Below, in pieces: positions 19,866-33,098 of a DNA stretch of 64,000 nucleotides. Origin of the DNA: Longimicrobiales bacterium. GTDB lineage: Bacteria; Gemmatimonadota; Gemmatimonadetes; Longimicrobiales; Gaopeijiaceae. The DNA is taken from positions 2,336,001 to 2,400,000 of the forward strand of contig OZ241892.1 in the NCBI GenBank assembly GCA_965203485.1, read 5' to 3'. Under the pieces are notes generated by a model. The model was not told the DNA's origin. It saw nothing but the letters and a program-made list of their open reading frames with translations, and searched no databases. How positions within the stretch are numbered: the first letter of the stretch is position 1; each line of letters begins with the position of its first letter. The translations under genes were made by a program, and so were the position numbers.

Positions 19866-21074
19866 CTAGAAAAATCGCCGCAGACGCGGGCGCGTCAACG
19901 GGGGCGAGGCCGTGTCGGCCGCGGCGTCCAGTTCAACCGCCAAGCCGTCCAGCTGGAGCCATCCTTCGGGCGAGAGGCGCACCGTGCCGTCGTCCACGCT
20001 CGCCAGTCCGCGGCGCGCCCACCGCTCCGCGGTCCTCGCCGCAACCGGGCCGAGCGAGGCGGCGTCGAATCCGTGCTCCGTGCGAAGTCCGAGCCAGACG
20101 GCTTCCAGGCGCCTCTGCTTCGGGGCGAGGTCTTCCTCGCCCTCTCTGCCGCTTCCATGCCGGTCCACCGACCGGGCGTAGGTCTGCCAATCGCGCTCGT
20201 TCCAGGCGCGGCGCCCGTTCAGGTAGCTGTGGGCTCCGTTGCCCAGGCCCAGGTAGGGAGAGCCGTCCCAATAGGCCCGGTTGTGGCGGGACTCGAAGCC
20301 CGGACGAGCGAAATTCGACACTTCGTAGTGCGCGTAACCCTCGGCGGCGAGCATCTCGGCGGCAACCAAGTACTCGTCTCGGTAGCGCTCGGTGCGCGGG
20401 CGGGCGGCGGCGCCTTCCCCGATGCGGCGGGCGAGCGGGGTGGCCGGTTCCACCGAGAGGCCGTAGATCGAGACGTGAGGAACGCCGAGCGAGAGCGCGC
20501 GCTCCAAGTCGTGCTTCCACGAGCGGCGCACGTCGTCGGGCAACCCGAAGATCAGGTCGACGGAGAGATTGGACAGGCCGGCGGAGCGGGCTGCGGAGAC
20601 GGCGGACAGCGCGTCTTCGGGGCCATGGAGCCGTCCCATCCACTCGAGCGCCGAAGGCGAGAAGCTCTGGACGCCGAGCGAAACGCGGTTGACGCCCTCG
20701 GTTGCCCAGCGGCCCGCCAGCGTTCGGTCGAAGGACTCCGGGTTCGCCTCCATCGTCCACTCGAGCCGGGACGGGACGAGGCGTTTCCTGCCGACCGACT
20801 CCGCGAGCGCGCCCACGACGCTGGGATCGAGGAGCGAGGGGGTGCCGCCTCCGACGTAGAGCGTGTCCAGCGCCGAAGCCAGGGCGGCGCCGCCCGAGCC
20901 GAGGAGCGTGGAGAGCTCGCGGCCGACGGCCGTCGTCCAGCTCCGGTGGTCCGGCGACCGGTCCACCTCGACGGCAAAGTCGCAGTAGACGCAACGGCGC
21001 GCGCAGAAGGGCGCATGCACGTAGACGTTGCGGACGAGCTCCGGCGCGGCGGCGCGCTTTCGCCGACGGCTCAC
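19866..21074 (-). CDS. hemW: Radical SAM heme chaperone HemW
   Basis: [35 protein letters not shown]. Confidence 0.93.
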   Translation of the reverse strand: MSRRRKRAAAPELVRNVYVHAPFCARRCVYCDFAVEVDRSPDHRSWTTAVGRELSTLLGSGGAALASALDTLYVGGGTPSLLDPSVVGALAESVGRKRLVPSRLEWTMEANPESFDRTLAGRWATEGVNRVSLGVQSFSPSALEWMGRLHGPEDALSAVSAARSAGLSNLSVDLIFGLPDDVRRSWKHDLERALSLGVPHVSIYGLSVEPATPLARRIGEGAAARPRTERYRDEYLVAAEMLAAEGYAHYEVSNFARPGFESRHNRAYWDGSPYLGLGNGAHSYLNGRRAWNERDWQTYARSVDRHGSGREGEEDLAPKQRRLEAVWLGLRTEHGFDAASLGPVAARTAERWARRGLASVDDGTVRLSPEGWLQLDGLAVELDAAADTASPPLTRPRLRRFF

Positions 21075-22375
21075 GTCCACACTCGCCGCGGCCACCGTTG
21101 CCGCATCGCTCCTGTTCGCCTGCAACCAGGCGCCTCCACGCCGAACAAGCCCGGGGGACGCCGTTCCCGCACCACTCCGTTCCGCCCGGAGCCGGGTGAC
21201 GCCACGGTGGCCGAGGCCGGGCAACGCCGGGGCCGCCGCTCCCGCACCACACCCGGTCGCCCGCCCGGCGTCCGCATGAAGCGGCCGTCACGGGTCGCCG
21301 CCACGAAGCCCTGCAACTGCAGAACGGTGACCGACGCCGCCAGCGTCTCCACCGGCTGGCCGGCCAGCGCGGCGAACTCGTCGAGGGAGACGGGGCCGGC
21401 GGGAAGGGCCGACAAGAGCTCGCGCAACTCCGGGTCGCTGGGCATCGCCTCGTCCGGCGCGGCTCCGGCGCCAAGGGAAGCGTCCAGCACGACCCCGGCG
21501 CCGTCCGCCAGCAGCCGGTTCGTCCCTTGGCTCGTGGGACGGTCGATGGGACCGGGCACGGCATGAACCTCGCGTCCCAGGTCCAGCGCGATCTCGGCGG
21601 TGATGAGAGCGCCGCTCCGGGCGGAAGCCTCCACGACCACGACCTCCGCCGCCAGCGCGGCGATGATCCGGTTGCGGGCGGGAAAGTGGCCGGGCGCGGC
21701 GTCCGTGCCGGGTGCGTACTCCGACGCGACGGCTCCGCTTGCGGCGATTTTGTCGTAGAGGCTCGCGTTTCGGGCGGGCGCGGCGACGTCCACTCCCGAT
21801 CCCAGCACCGCGACCGTCGGCCCCGGCAACGCCCCCCAATGAGCTTCGGCGTCGATCCCCAAGGCCATCCCCGAAATCACGCAACCGCCCCGCTCGACCA
21901 GCGCGGCGCCGAGCCGACGGGCCACGCGGCGGCCGTACGCCGTCGCCCGCCGCGAGCCCACGACGGCGGCGCAGTCCCGGTTCAGCAGCCCGGCCCGCCC
22001 AAGAACGAAGAGGACCGGAGGAGGATCGGGCAGATCGCCGAGACGGGCCGGGTACTCGGGGCCGCCGTATGCGAGGACCCGGGCGCCCAGTTCCGCGCAC
22101 CGCTCGGCGAGCGCGCTCGCTCGGGCGGCGGGCGCGTCCGCCCTGCGCGCATCCGACGCCTCCCGGCCCGCGATCTGCTCGAAGGCGCGGGCGGGCGCGG
22201 CGAGGGCGCCGCTTGGACTGCCGAACCGGTCGACCAGACGGCGGAACCGCACCGCGCCGACGCCCGGAAGGTCCCGGAGCAACAGCGCGTGAAAGGTCTC
22301 GGACGCGGCGTCCGCCGAGGAGCCGCCCGTCGCCGCGTCCCCGGGCGCTCGCGTTCGCCCGCCCCGCACCGTCAC
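21071..22375 (-). CDS. dprA: DNA processing protein DprA
   Basis: [28 protein letters not shown]. Confidence 0.94.
   Translation of the reverse strand: MTVRGGRTRAPGDAATGGSSADAASETFHALLLRDLPGVGAVRFRRLVDRFGSPSGALAAPARAFEQIAGREASDARRADAPAARASALAERCAELGARVLAYGGPEYPARLGDLPDPPPVLFVLGRAGLLNRDCAAVVGSRRATAYGRRVARRLGAALVERGGCVISGMALGIDAEAHWGALPGPTVAVLGSGVDVAAPARNASLYDKIAASGAVASEYAPGTDAAPGHFPARNRIIAALAAEVVVVEASARSGALITAEIALDLGREVHAVPGPIDRPTSQGTNRLLADGAGVVLDASLGAGAAPDEAMPSDPELRELLSALPAGPVSLDEFAALAGQPVETLAASVTVLQLQGFVAATRDGRFMRTPGGRPGVVRERRPRRCPASATVASPGSGRNGVVRERRPPGLFGVEAPGCRRTGAMRQRWPRRVWT
21090..21262. repeat. Degenerate tandem repeat, about 3 copies of ~70 bp
   Basis: Units start near 21090, 21156, 21231 with core ccg(t/c)t(c/g)ccgca(c/t)c; gives GVVRERRP twice in the DprA tail. 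Confidence 0.55.
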
Positions 22376-23373
22376 GCGCACTCCCCGGCGCCGTCGCGCG
22401 CGGCCTCCACTTGCCGCCAGCACCCCTCGAGCATCTCCGCTACGCCTCGGCCGGTCGCCGCGCTCGCCGCATAGACCGCCCACGCGTCCGAGGCATCCAC
22501 GCGCGGCGGAGGCGCCCCGCCCCGCAAGTCCATCTTCGAGATCATCACGGCGAACGGAAGGCGGGCCAGCTCCTCCGAGTACTGCCGGAGCTCGGCGCGC
22601 AGACCAGCCAGCGTCGCCGTCGGATCGGGCGCGTCCGCCGGGACAAGCAACAGGAGCGCCCGCGTGCGCTCGATGTGGCGCAGGAAGCGATGGCCGAGTC
22701 CCTTGCCCCGGTGCGCGCCCTCGATGATGCCGGGGATGTCCGCCGCAACGAACGACCTGAAGTCGGGCAGGTCGACCACGCCCAGCACCGGCGACAGCGT
22801 CGTGAACGGATAGCCCGCGACCTTCGGACGCGCGTCGCTGATGCGCGCCAGCAAGGTGGACTTTCCCGCGTTGGGCTCGCCGACCAGGCCGATGTCCGCG
22901 AGCAGCTTGAGCTCCAGCCGCAACCGCCGCTGCTCGCCCTCCTGCCCCGGCTCCCAGCGCCGGGGGGCCTGCCGGGTCGGGGAAGCGAAGCGCGCATTGC
23001 CCCGGCCGCCGCGCCCGCCCGTCGCCACGACCAGGCGTTCGCCCGTCGCCATCAGAGCGCCCAGCTTCGCCGAAGTTCCGTCGTCGAACACCTCCGTGCC
23101 CGGCGGCGCGCGGAGCTCCAGGTCCCGGCCGCTCCGTCCCGTGCGATTCGACCCCTCCCCGTGGCGCCCCCTCTCCGCCTCGTGGCGCTTGCGATACCGA
23201 AAGTCGCTCAGCGTCGAGAGCGCGTCGTCGCCGACGAAGACGACGTCGCCTCCGCGGCCCCCGTCGCCTCCCGAAGGCCCGCCCCGCGGCACTCCCTTCT
23301 CGCGCCGAAACGCCTCCGCCCCCGCGCCGCCGTCCCCCGCCCGCACCTCGATTGTCGCAGAATCGACGAACAC
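22372..23373 (-). CDS. obgE: GTPase ObgE
   Basis: Gly-rich Obg domain, [18 protein letters not shown]. Confidence 0.97.
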   Translation of the reverse strand: MFVDSATIEVRAGDGGAGAEAFRREKGVPRGGPSGGDGGRGGDVVFVGDDALSTLSDFRYRKRHEAERGRHGEGSNRTGRSGRDLELRAPPGTEVFDDGTSAKLGALMATGERLVVATGGRGGRGNARFASPTRQAPRRWEPGQEGEQRRLRLELKLLADIGLVGEPNAGKSTLLARISDARPKVAGYPFTTLSPVLGVVDLPDFRSFVAADIPGIIEGAHRGKGLGHRFLRHIERTRALLLLVPADAPDPTATLAGLRAELRQYSEELARLPFAVMISKMDLRGGAPPPRVDASDAWAVYAASAATGRGVAEMLEGCWRQVEAARDGAGECA

Positions 23374-23708
23374 TCCGCCCTCCCGACCGGAACGAGGACC
23401 GCGCCGCGGCGGCGCCCGCCCTCCTTGGACCCCGCGGCCCTCGCCCGCGCGGGCCGCCCCCGAAACCTGTGCGAGCGCGCGCGCCGCCGCCATGGCCGGA
23501 TCGGACCCCTGCGGCGCGACTTCGTGGATGGCTCGGCCGACTGTTGCCGGGGCGCTCGACCGACTGTCCGGGAGGATATTTTGAGCGGCACCGGGTCGGC
23601 AGACGCTGATCCCGCAAGCGCAATGCCCCGGTGCCAGCGCGGCCGCGCGGTCACGACCGCGCCCCTCTGCGGCGTGCCGGATATCTTGCTCCGGCGCGCC
23701 GCATCGAC

Positions 23709-23731
23709 ACTAGACTAGACTAGATCACTAG
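23709..23731. repeat. ACTAG microrepeat cluster (4 copies)
   Basis: actag actag actag atc actag. Confidence 0.7.
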
Positions 23732-23945
23732 GGTAGACGCCCCTGACACTATTGCCCCCGCCAGCATGGCCAGCCACAGGCGCCATGCCAGTTCTCGTCT
23801 CGAGGAAGCGTCAGGCTCGCACTTCCGCGCCCACAAATGGAACACCCGCGACGACCCGGCGACAAGCCCGAAAGCTACGGTCGCGCGGGGCGATATCGAC
23901 TTGGGGGGGACAGGAGGCGCGTCTCCATCCGCATCGAGACCGTCC

Positions 23946-24146
23946 TCACGGCAACCCCGGCTCGTTCCTAGCGCGACGGCGCATCACATCAAGCGCCAAC
24001 GTCGCAACCGCCGACAGCAACACGCCCGTGATGCCCACCCAACGGACCGCCGGCGCCCAGTGCCAAAGCCAGCCCATGCCCGGCGCGAACGTGGCAGCAA
24101 CCAAGCCGAAGGCGACAGGCGACACCTTGTCGCACGGCACCGCCAC
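23946..24146 (-). other. Small hydrophobic ORF or membrane-protein fragment
   Basis: 66 aa with two hydrophobic stretches; no clear RBS. Confidence 0.3.
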
Positions 24147-24461
24147 TGCCTTCAGAACTACTAAAGCCTGTCGGAGTGTTCAATGTCCGTCCCTCCCGTC
24201 CCCGCCTTCGTCGCGGCGGTTGTCGTCGTCATGGCTTCCGGCTCTCGTGATCCTGCAAAAGGACGATGGGCAAGCCGACGCGCAATGGCAAGTGGCCGAT
24301 GTCCCGAGACGCCCGTGGGGATATTGCGAAGGTGCCAATTCTCCTTGTTGCGCAAGCGTTTTCGACGGCAAGGCTCCGCGAGGGATGTCGGCGGCGGCTG
24401 GCAACGGACCTCCTCGCGGCCCTCTTCCGGCAGTCGGCGCATCGCCTTCGGGCGCCACACC

Positions 24462-26099
24462 CTAGCGTACCCTACCCCCTTCGGCAAGCGGTGTGCCCGC
24501 GGCCGCAAACAGCTCCTCCGGCGAGTTCGCCCCGGCCAGCAGCTCGCGCGCTCGCCGCAAGGGTGCGTCGTAGGCTGCCTGAAGCTCGAAACGGCCCCGG
24601 TCGCCCCAGGCTTGGTGGGCGATTTCACCGGCTAGGCGCAGAAGCAGGTAGCGGCGCGCCGCCACCAAGTCGTCGAGGGCCAGGGTCGCGGTGTCGGCCC
24701 GGGCGGCCAAGGCGGCGTGGAAGTCCTCGAGGTCGCGGTCCGAGAGGGAGAAGCCGGGTGTCAGGCCGGGATGGTCGTGGCGGTAGCGCACGGCCCACTG
24801 GCGGAGTTCGGCCAAGAAGCCCGTGCCGGCGACGTTGAACACGGCGTTCACAGCGGCCGCCTCGCGCTCGGTGAGCGTGTCCGCGGCGGCCCAGAGATCG
24901 GGCTGGACGCCGCCGCCGCCGTACAGGGTGCGGCCTCCCGGCGAACGGAACTGGGGCAGCAACGACAAGTCGGCCGGGGGCTCGGCCCAGCCGCCCAGAA
25001 GCGCCGGCACGCGATGCGGCTCCGTGGAGCGCTCCTCGGCGTCCACGTGAATGCGCCGGCCCGCCGGGGTGTACCAGCGCGCGGTCGTGAGGCGAAGCAC
25101 AGCGCCGCCGGAGAGCGGAAACAGGCTCTGCACCAGCCCCTTGCCGAAGGTGCCCGAGCCGATCAGCAACGCACGGTCGTGGTCCTGCAACGCGCCCGCC
25201 ACGATCTCGGCGGCCGACGCAGTGGCAGGCCCCACCAGCACCGCAACCGGCAGGTCGGGGTAACGCTGGGCAGTCTCGGTCCGGTGGACGGCGGGCTCGA
25301 CGCCGCGGCCCCGTATCTCGACGACTTCGCGGCCTTCGTCGAGGAACACGTCAGCCAGTTCCAGCCCTTCTTCCAACAGGCCACCCCGGTTGCCGCGCAG
25401 ATCGAGCGCCAGCGCGCGCATTCCCACGCCCGCCAGCGAATCGACCGCCGCGCGGACCGCCGCCGCCGCCGTGCCGCCGAACGCCGCCAGCGGGACGTAG
25501 CCCACCCCGTCGTCCAAGAGCGCCGCGAACGGCACCTGCGGCACCTGAACGCGCTCGCGCACGACATCGAACGACAGGACCGGCTCAACGCCCCAACGGC
25601 GCACGCCCATCGTCACCGGCGTCCCAGGCTTGCCTCGAAGCAAGGGTACGGTCCGGTCGGTGCCCCAGCCGTCCACCGACTCGCCGTCCACTTCCACGAT
25701 GCGGTCGCCGGGCAACACGCCCGCCCTGGCCGCAGGCGTTCCGGGAATCGGCGCCAGCACGGTGATGTGGCCGTCCTGATCGACGACCTCCAGCCCGACG
25801 CCCCCGTAGTCGCCCTCGACGCGAATGCGCTGGTCCTCCCAGTCGGACTGCGCGATGAAGCGCGAGTAGGGGTCGCCCAGGCGCCGAACCAGCTCGTTCG
25901 CCGCCGCGCCGTAGAGCTCGTCCAGCTCCACGTCCTCGACGTAGGCGCCCTCGACGCGGTCCAGGACCTCGGCGAGCACCGAAGCTCCCCCGGGCAAGCG
26001 GGCCGCCGCCCCGAACTCGCGGTGCGCCAGCCATCCAGCGCACAGCGCGGCAACCACAAGGAACATCGTGCGGCTTCGGTTGTGTCCGACTTGCGTCAC
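24462..26099 (-). CDS. S41 family carboxy-terminal processing protease
   Basis: DPYS, PDZ domain, DLRGNRGG, TASAAEI, FGKGLVQ. Confidence 0.95.
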   Translation of the reverse strand: MTQVGHNRSRTMFLVVAALCAGWLAHREFGAAARLPGGASVLAEVLDRVEGAYVEDVELDELYGAAANELVRRLGDPYSRFIAQSDWEDQRIRVEGDYGGVGLEVVDQDGHITVLAPIPGTPAARAGVLPGDRIVEVDGESVDGWGTDRTVPLLRGKPGTPVTMGVRRWGVEPVLSFDVVRERVQVPQVPFAALLDDGVGYVPLAAFGGTAAAAVRAAVDSLAGVGMRALALDLRGNRGGLLEEGLELADVFLDEGREVVEIRGRGVEPAVHRTETAQRYPDLPVAVLVGPATASAAEIVAGALQDHDRALLIGSGTFGKGLVQSLFPLSGGAVLRLTTARWYTPAGRRIHVDAEERSTEPHRVPALLGGWAEPPADLSLLPQFRSPGGRTLYGGGGVQPDLWAAADTLTEREAAAVNAVFNVAGTGFLAELRQWAVRYRHDHPGLTPGFSLSDRDLEDFHAALAARADTATLALDDLVAARRYLLLRLAGEIAHQAWGDRGRFELQAAYDAPLRRARELLAGANSPEELFAAAGTPLAEGGRVR

Positions 26100-26815
26100 T
26101 TGGCTTCCTCGCCCGTCTCGGCGACCGGCGCCCCAGTCGTCGCCCCTTCGCGCACGCCGACTCCCGGCGCATCGCGCGTCTCGGCCAGCCGCGCGCGCAC
26201 AGCCCGGCGCACCCGGCGCTCCACCTCGTCCGGCGGTCCCGCCGCGCTCACGAGCACGGCTCGGTCGTCCGACTCCGCCATCTCAACATACCCGTTTTGC
26301 ACGCGCTGGAGGAACTCCAGGCCGGCGGACTCGATGCGGTCCGGCCGTCCTTCCCCGGCCTTCCGGGCCAAGCCCTGCTCCACCGGCAGGTCCAGCACGA
26401 TGCACAGGTCGGGCTCCAAGGCGTCGGCCGCCCAGCGGTTGAGCGCCTCGATCTCGCCGCGCTCGATGCCCCGCCCGAAGCCCTGGTACGCGAACGTGCT
26501 CATCGCGAAGCGGTCGGAGACCACCCACCGGCCCCGCTTCAGCGCGGGCCTCGCGAGTTCGCGCACGAACGCCGCCCTCGCGGCGAGAACCAGCAGCAGC
26601 TCGGCCGGCGCCCCGATCCGGGAGTCCCGCGCGTGCAGCAGGAGATCGCGAATGCGCTCGCCCACGTCCGTCCCTCCGGGCTCGCGCGCCTCGACCACGC
26701 TCAAGCCGCGCCCGCGCAGCCACGCCGCCAAGCGCGCCGCCTGCGTGGACTTCCCTGCGCCCTCGACGCCTTCGAGGACGACGAGGCGGCCGCGCGCCGC
26801 AACCCCTTCAGCCAC
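26096..26815 (-). CDS. tmk: Thymidylate kinase
   Basis: EGVEGAGKST, REPGGT, DRF...AYQG. Confidence 0.96.
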   Translation of the reverse strand: MAEGVAARGRLVVLEGVEGAGKSTQAARLAAWLRGRGLSVVEAREPGGTDVGERIRDLLLHARDSRIGAPAELLLVLAARAAFVRELARPALKRGRWVVSDRFAMSTFAYQGFGRGIERGEIEALNRWAADALEPDLCIVLDLPVEQGLARKAGEGRPDRIESAGLEFLQRVQNGYVEMAESDDRAVLVSAAGPPDEVERRVRRAVRARLAETRDAPGVGVREGATTGAPVAETGEEAK

Positions 26816-26821
26816 GGGCCG

Positions 26822-28121
<1,300 letters not shown>

Positions 28122-28135
<14 letters not shown>

Positions 28136-28829
28136 TTCGGTCTTCTCCTTGTCCCTTCGCTTCGGGATTCGGCGCGTCGTCCAGGGGCACGCCGGCACCC
28201 CGCCGGAACACCCAAACGATGCGGTGGACGGCAGTCGCGTTGGTCAGCGCGGCCACCACGACGATCAGGACGCTCAGCACCGCCCCGTTCCACGAGAGGC
28301 CGAACAGGAGCGACGCCAAGCCGAGAAGCACGATGCGCTCGGCGCGCTGCATGAGGCCGACGGAGCAGTCGAAGCCGAGGGCTTCGGCCTTTGCCCGAGT
28401 GTAGCTCACCATGAGGGAGCCGCCAAGGGCGAGCGTGATCACGTAGATCATCCAGCGGTCGGCGATCTCGGCGCCGTAGTCGTTGTACAGCGTCATCAAG
28501 CCCAAGTACATGGCGATCTCCGAAATCCGGTCCAGCGTCGAATCGAAGAAGGCGCCGAACTTCGAGGCCAGGCCCGATACCCGAGCCACGCGGCCGTCGA
28601 AGATGTCCAGCAATCCGCCGAGCAGGACGAAGAAGCCGGCAGTGCGGACGTGGTCCTGCGAGTAGAGGACGCCAGCCACCACGGTCGCGACGAATCCGGC
28701 GACGGTCACGAGGTTGGGGTGCACGCCTCTGCGCACGAGCCACTGTGTGACGGGCTCGATCAGGTTGTAGACGGGCCACCGGAGCCCCTTGAGGCCGGCC
28801 TCGCGCTCGGCGGTCTCCGGAGCGGACAA
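28122..28829 (-). CDS. CDP-alcohol phosphatidyltransferase (PIP synthase-like)
   Basis: DIFDGRVAR...GAFFDSTLDR, SYTRAKAE; overlaps ino1. Confidence 0.92.
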
Positions 28830-28843
28830 GAAGGCGTCCCGGG

Positions 28844-29203
28844 TCAGGAAACGACGAGGATCGGGGACGACGCGCCCGCGCGCATGCCCTCCTGCATGGC
28901 CTCGTCGACCTTGGCCATCACCTTCTCGAAGTTGGACTGAGCCGCCACCAGGCTCTGGTACGCCGACAGCGTCTCGAGTCTCTCCATGAGTTGCTGGTGC
29001 CGGCGCTGGTCGTCCGCGGACGGCTCCTGCCCCTGGGCCATCTCCGAGCCCATCGTCTCGAACAGGCGCTCGATCTCGTTCTTGAGCGCCACGAACTCGC
29101 GGTCGTTCTGGGCGGCCTCCATGGCCCGTGCCAGGATGCGGTGCTCGGCCGTGCGCCCGATCGTCCGCCCAAGCGACTCGGCCATTTCAAGGATTTCGGT
29201 CAT
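28844..29203 (-). CDS. YlbF/YmcA (RicAFT-like) family protein
   Basis: Helical 119-aa protein, AESLGRTIGRT...YQSLVAAQSNFEK. Confidence 0.7.
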   Translation of the reverse strand: MTEILEMAESLGRTIGRTAEHRILARAMEAAQNDREFVALKNEIERLFETMGSEMAQGQEPSADDQRRHQQLMERLETLSAYQSLVAAQSNFEKVMAKVDEAMQEGMRAGASSPILVVS

Positions 29204-30192
29204 TCTCGCTCGGTTGTTGCCGCGCAACCGGTCTCCGGGGCGTTGTCCAGCTCGTCCGCCTCGTCGTCCTCGGGCAGTTCCATCTCTCGCTGCGCGAAAA
29301 CATAGCGACGCGTCCCGTTCAGGTCGCGGCGCAAGGCGGGAAGCCCTTTGCCCAGCATGGCGATCAGCATGAGCGCGAAGGCGTTCTGATCCTGGCCGCG
29401 CCCGACTTCGATGCCGACCCACCCCTTCGGCCGCACGAACGAGAGCAGGTTGAGGGTGATCTTCTTCAGCACCGCGTACCCGCTGTAGCCGCCGACCATC
29501 GCCACGTGCGGCTCCCAATTGCGGATCTCCGGCGCCGTGCGCAACCACTGGCGCTCGCTGAGGTACGGCGGGTTGGACAGGATCAGGTCGAACGTCTCCC
29601 CGGCGACGGGCAGCGTGCCCGGACCGCGGCGGAAGTCGATTCCCGGCTGCCCGCACGCCTCGGCGTTGGCGCGCGCGACGTCCAGCGCGTCCTGCGAGAC
29701 GTCGGTCGCGACGACGGACTTGGCCAGGCCTTCGGCCGCCAAGGCAATCGCGATGGCGCCCGATCCCGTGCCGATGTCCAGGGCGGACTCGAAGGGAATC
29801 TCGGACTGCGCCATGTCGATGAGGCAGTCGATGAGCTGCTCCGTCTCCGGCCTGGGGATGGCGACCCGCCGGTCGACGGCCAGTTCGAGATCGCGGAACG
29901 GGGCCAAGCCCAGGACGTACTGAAGCGGCTCGCGGGCGGCGCGCCGGCGCAGCAGGCGCTTGAAGGCGGCCAGCTCGCGCGCGTCGAGCGGCTGGTCGAA
30001 GCGCAGGTACAGGTCCATTCGCTTGAGGCCCAGGACGCTCGCGAGAAGGTGCTCCGCGTCGGCGCGACCCGAGCGGATGCCCTTTTGCTTCAGGTACTGG
30101 CCGCTCCACTTCATCATGTCCACGACGGTCCAGCGGCGGCGCGGACGCGCGGCGGCGGGCGGCGTCTTCGGCTTCGCGGGACGGCGCCTCAA
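29200..30192 (-). CDS. prmC: Release factor glutamine methyltransferase
   Basis: REPLQY, IPRPETE, DIGTGSG, SNPPY; start uncertain. Confidence 0.95.
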   Translation of the reverse strand: MRRRPAKPKTPPAAARPRRRWTVVDMMKWSGQYLKQKGIRSGRADAEHLLASVLGLKRMDLYLRFDQPLDARELAAFKRLLRRRAAREPLQYVLGLAPFRDLELAVDRRVAIPRPETEQLIDCLIDMAQSEIPFESALDIGTGSGAIAIALAAEGLAKSVVATDVSQDALDVARANAEACGQPGIDFRRGPGTLPVAGETFDLILSNPPYLSERQWLRTAPEIRNWEPHVAMVGGYSGYAVLKKITLNLLSFVRPKGWVGIEVGRGQDQNAFALMLIAMLGKGLPALRRDLNGTRRYVFAQREMELPEDDEADELDNAPETGCAATTERE

Positions 30193-31316
30193 CGGGCCGG
30201 GAACTCTCTCGCGGGGCTGGCCGGGCCGGGCGAACCGCCGGACGGGGCCGCGTCCCAGCGCTCCTCTTCGCGCGCCAAGCGAAGGGCCGCCAGCATCTCG
30301 TCCAGGTCGCCGTTCATCACGTCGGCCAAGCGGTGCACCGACAACCCGATGCGGTGGTCGGTCACCCGGTTCTGGGGAAAGTTGTAGGTCCGGATCTTGG
30401 CCGAGCGGTCGCCGCTTCCCACCTGCGATCGCCGTTCGGCCGCGCGCTCGGCGTCGCGCTCCGCGGTCCTGCGCTCGAGGAGCCGCGAGCGCAGGACCTT
30501 GAGTGCCCTGGCCCTGTTCTTGTGCTGGGACTTCTCGTCCTGGCAACTCACGACGAGGCCGCTGGGCAGGTGCGTGACCCGAACCGCGGAATCGGTGGTG
30601 TTGACGGACTGGCCGCCGGGGCCGGACGAGCGGAACACGTCGATTCGCAGGTGGGCCGGATCGAGGTCGACCTCCACGTCCTCCGCCTCCGGCAGGACGG
30701 CCACCGTGGCGGCCGACGTGTGGACGCGTCCCTGGCTCTCGGTGTCGGGCACCCGCTGCACGCGATGAACGCCGGACTCGAAGCGGAGCTGGCCGTACGC
30801 GCCCTTGCCCCGAACGGTGAACACGACCTCCTTGAGCGCGCCGGGGATCCCTTCGGAGATGCTCGCCACTTCGATCTTCCACCCCCGGCGCTCCGCCAGC
30901 AACCGGTACATGCGCGCCAAGGCGGCGCAGAACAGGGCGGCCTCGTCTCCGCCCGTGCCGGCGCGCACCTCCACGACGGCAGGACGGTCGTCCATGGGGT
31001 CGGCGGGAACGAGGGCGGCGCGGAGCCGCTTGCTCGCCGCGTCCAAGCGCGCCGCCAGCGCCGACGACTCCTCGGCGGCCAGCTCGCGCAACTCGGGGTC
31101 GGGGGAGCCGGCGAGTTCGCGCGCATCCTCCAGTTCGGCCTCGACCCGGCGCACTTCCGCGGCGGCGGCCACGACGGCGGCCAGCGCGGCGCGCTCCCGC
31201 CCCAGCTCCCGCAGACGGTTGGCGTCGCGCACCGTGTCGGGGTGCGCCAGCTCGGCCTCGACGGTCCGGAGCCGGCCTTCGGCCGTGCTCAGCCGGGCGT
31301 CGAGACGGGGATCCAC
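30189..31316 (-). CDS. prfA: Peptide chain release factor 1
   Basis: GTGGDEA, PDT (PxT), GGQ, RTYNFPQ. Confidence 0.97.
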   Translation of the reverse strand: MDPRLDARLSTAEGRLRTVEAELAHPDTVRDANRLRELGRERAALAAVVAAAAEVRRVEAELEDARELAGSPDPELRELAAEESSALAARLDAASKRLRAALVPADPMDDRPAVVEVRAGTGGDEAALFCAALARMYRLLAERRGWKIEVASISEGIPGALKEVVFTVRGKGAYGQLRFESGVHRVQRVPDTESQGRVHTSAATVAVLPEAEDVEVDLDPAHLRIDVFRSSGPGGQSVNTTDSAVRVTHLPSGLVVSCQDEKSQHKNRARALKVLRSRLLERRTAERDAERAAERRSQVGSGDRSAKIRTYNFPQNRVTDHRIGLSVHRLADVMNGDLDEMLAALRLAREEERWDAAPSGGSPGPASPAREFPAR

Positions 31317-31324
31317 GGGGCGGA

Positions 31325-32371
31325 TCAGCCCACGTCCACTTCGCAGCCCTCGCGGGCCGAGCGGTAGCCCGCCTCGACCAGGGCCGCGAGGGTCGCCTGC
31401 TCGCGGGGCGCCACCGCCGCGGCCTCGCCCGAGGCGACCCTCACGAAGTGGTCGATCAGGCGTCGGTAGCCACTGGTGAACAGGTCCTCGCCGCCCCGCG
31501 GAATCGGTTGCCTGGGCGTGACCTCCATCGGCCGGCCCCCGACCTGCCGGTACACGGACAGCGGCCAGAGGCGCGCAGCTCCTTCCGAGCCGGTCACGCA
31601 GACCTCGCGCCGGTCCCGCGCCGCCTGGAAACGCCGGCTGACCGCCAGCGACAGAGTCGCGCCGCCCTCGAGGACCGCCTGCAGGTGCGCCTCGTCCTCG
31701 CCCGCTTCCGAAGCCCCGTAGAGCGTGGCCGCCACCCGCACCGCCCGCGGATACCCCAGCGCCCACAGGCCCAAGTCCAGCACGGGAGCGCCGAGGTCCG
31801 CGAGGACGCCGCCGCGCGCGCGCGCATCCTCCGGCTGCGGGCCCCACGGACTTCCGGGACGGCGCGCCTGCCGGTCGAGCCACGCCGCCCGCACCGCGCT
31901 CGCGGTCCCCACTTGGCCGCTCGCCACGAACGACCGCAGCGCGGCCACGTCCGGCCGAAACCGGTGCGACATGCCGACGACCAAGCCGCGGCCGCTCTCC
32001 TCGGCGGCGGCCACCAACCGGCGCACCCCTTCCGCCGACTGCGCGAGCGGCCGCTCCACCAGCACGTGCTTGCCGGCGCCGAGCGCGGCCGCGGCCATCG
32101 TCTCGTGGAGCGCCTCCGGGGCGCCGATCACGATGCCCGCAACGCTCGCGTCGGCCAGCAGCGCGTCGTCGTCGAGGATCCGAGGGACGTTGAAGCGCTC
32201 CGCGACCGCCGCCGCCTTGTGCTCGTCGGTGTCCGCCAGCGCGACGAGCTCCACGTCGGCCCGTTCCGCCAAGATGGGAAGGTGCATCACCTGGGTGATC
32301 GCGCCCGCCCCGGCGATGCCCAGCCGAACTCGCTCGCGCCGCCGCTGGGGCTCCTGGACGCGCTCCGGCAC
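31325..32371 (-). CDS. Gfo/Idh/MocA family oxidoreductase
   Basis: [23 protein letters not shown]. Confidence 0.88.
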   Translation of the reverse strand: MPERVQEPQRRRERVRLGIAGAGAITQVMHLPILAERADVELVALADTDEHKAAAVAERFNVPRILDDDALLADASVAGIVIGAPEALHETMAAAALGAGKHVLVERPLAQSAEGVRRLVAAAEESGRGLVVGMSHRFRPDVAALRSFVASGQVGTASAVRAAWLDRQARRPGSPWGPQPEDARARGGVLADLGAPVLDLGLWALGYPRAVRVAATLYGASEAGEDEAHLQAVLEGGATLSLAVSRRFQAARDRREVCVTGSEGAARLWPLSVYRQVGGRPMEVTPRQPIPRGGEDLFTSGYRRLIDHFVRVASGEAAAVAPREQATLAALVEAGYRSAREGCEVDVG

Positions 32372-32386
32372 GGACTCGCTCCGCTC

Positions 32387-33082
32387 TCACTCTCCCGGGC
32401 CGCCGAACGCGTAGGCGAGGCCGGCGCGAAAGTCGAAGTACGAGAGGTCGTCCATGATCTCCCACCTCGCCTGCACCGACGCCCGCGCTCCGGACACCAC
32501 GGCGGCCAGTCCGGCGTGGACGTTGACGCCGGGCGCAAGCCGGTTGAGCAGGTCTTCGACGAACGTGTCGCGTATCGCCTCGCCGGATCCCCTCATCACA
32601 TGCAGGGCGGCGCCCGTTCCCGCGAACGACTCGACGTAGGAGCCCAGGGGCGCGACGTACTCCGCGTCCACCGCGAGCGACAGGGCGCTCCACGAGACGG
32701 GGCCCAAGGCGACTTCGGGCGCGGCTCCCGGCTGGCTTCGGCGGATCAGATGGGCGAGCCGCAGCTCCAAGTCCGCCAGCTCGTCGGCCGTGAAGTCCGA
32801 GCGCCAGTAGGACGCGTAAGGCGCCAAGCGGAAGCGTGGACCCAGGAACCCCATGTCGACGTGCACGGCGTACGCGACCGCGGGCTCCAGCTTGTTGGGC
32901 CGGATGGCGCCCACCGACAAGCCGACGCCGCGAAACGACAGGTTCTCGTAGTCGAAGTCCGCCAAGTCCTGTCCGGCGGCCGCGCCGGGGCCGGCAAGCG
33001 CGCACGCCGCCGCCCATGCCGCCGCGACGGCCGCGCGGCCACGGAGCGGCACGCTCGCCGTCCTCGCCGTTTCCTCGCGCAT
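32387..33082 (-). CDS. Exported hypothetical protein, possibly outer-membrane beta-barrel
   Basis: Signal peptide, alternating beta-strand pattern, aromatic residues near C-terminus. Confidence 0.6.
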   Translation of the reverse strand: MREETARTASVPLRGRAAVAAAWAAACALAGPGAAAGQDLADFDYENLSFRGVGLSVGAIRPNKLEPAVAYAVHVDMGFLGPRFRLAPYASYWRSDFTADELADLELRLAHLIRRSQPGAAPEVALGPVSWSALSLAVDAEYVAPLGSYVESFAGTGAALHVMRGSGEAIRDTFVEDLLNRLAPGVNVHAGLAAVVSGARASVQARWEIMDDLSYFDFRAGLAYAFGGPGE

Positions 33083-33098
33083 TGGCCGTTCCGCCCGG

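Noticed and set aside
19813..19900. CIRCE operator upstream of hrcA
   Set aside because: No TTAGCACTC-N9-GAGTGCTAA-like inverted repeat seen
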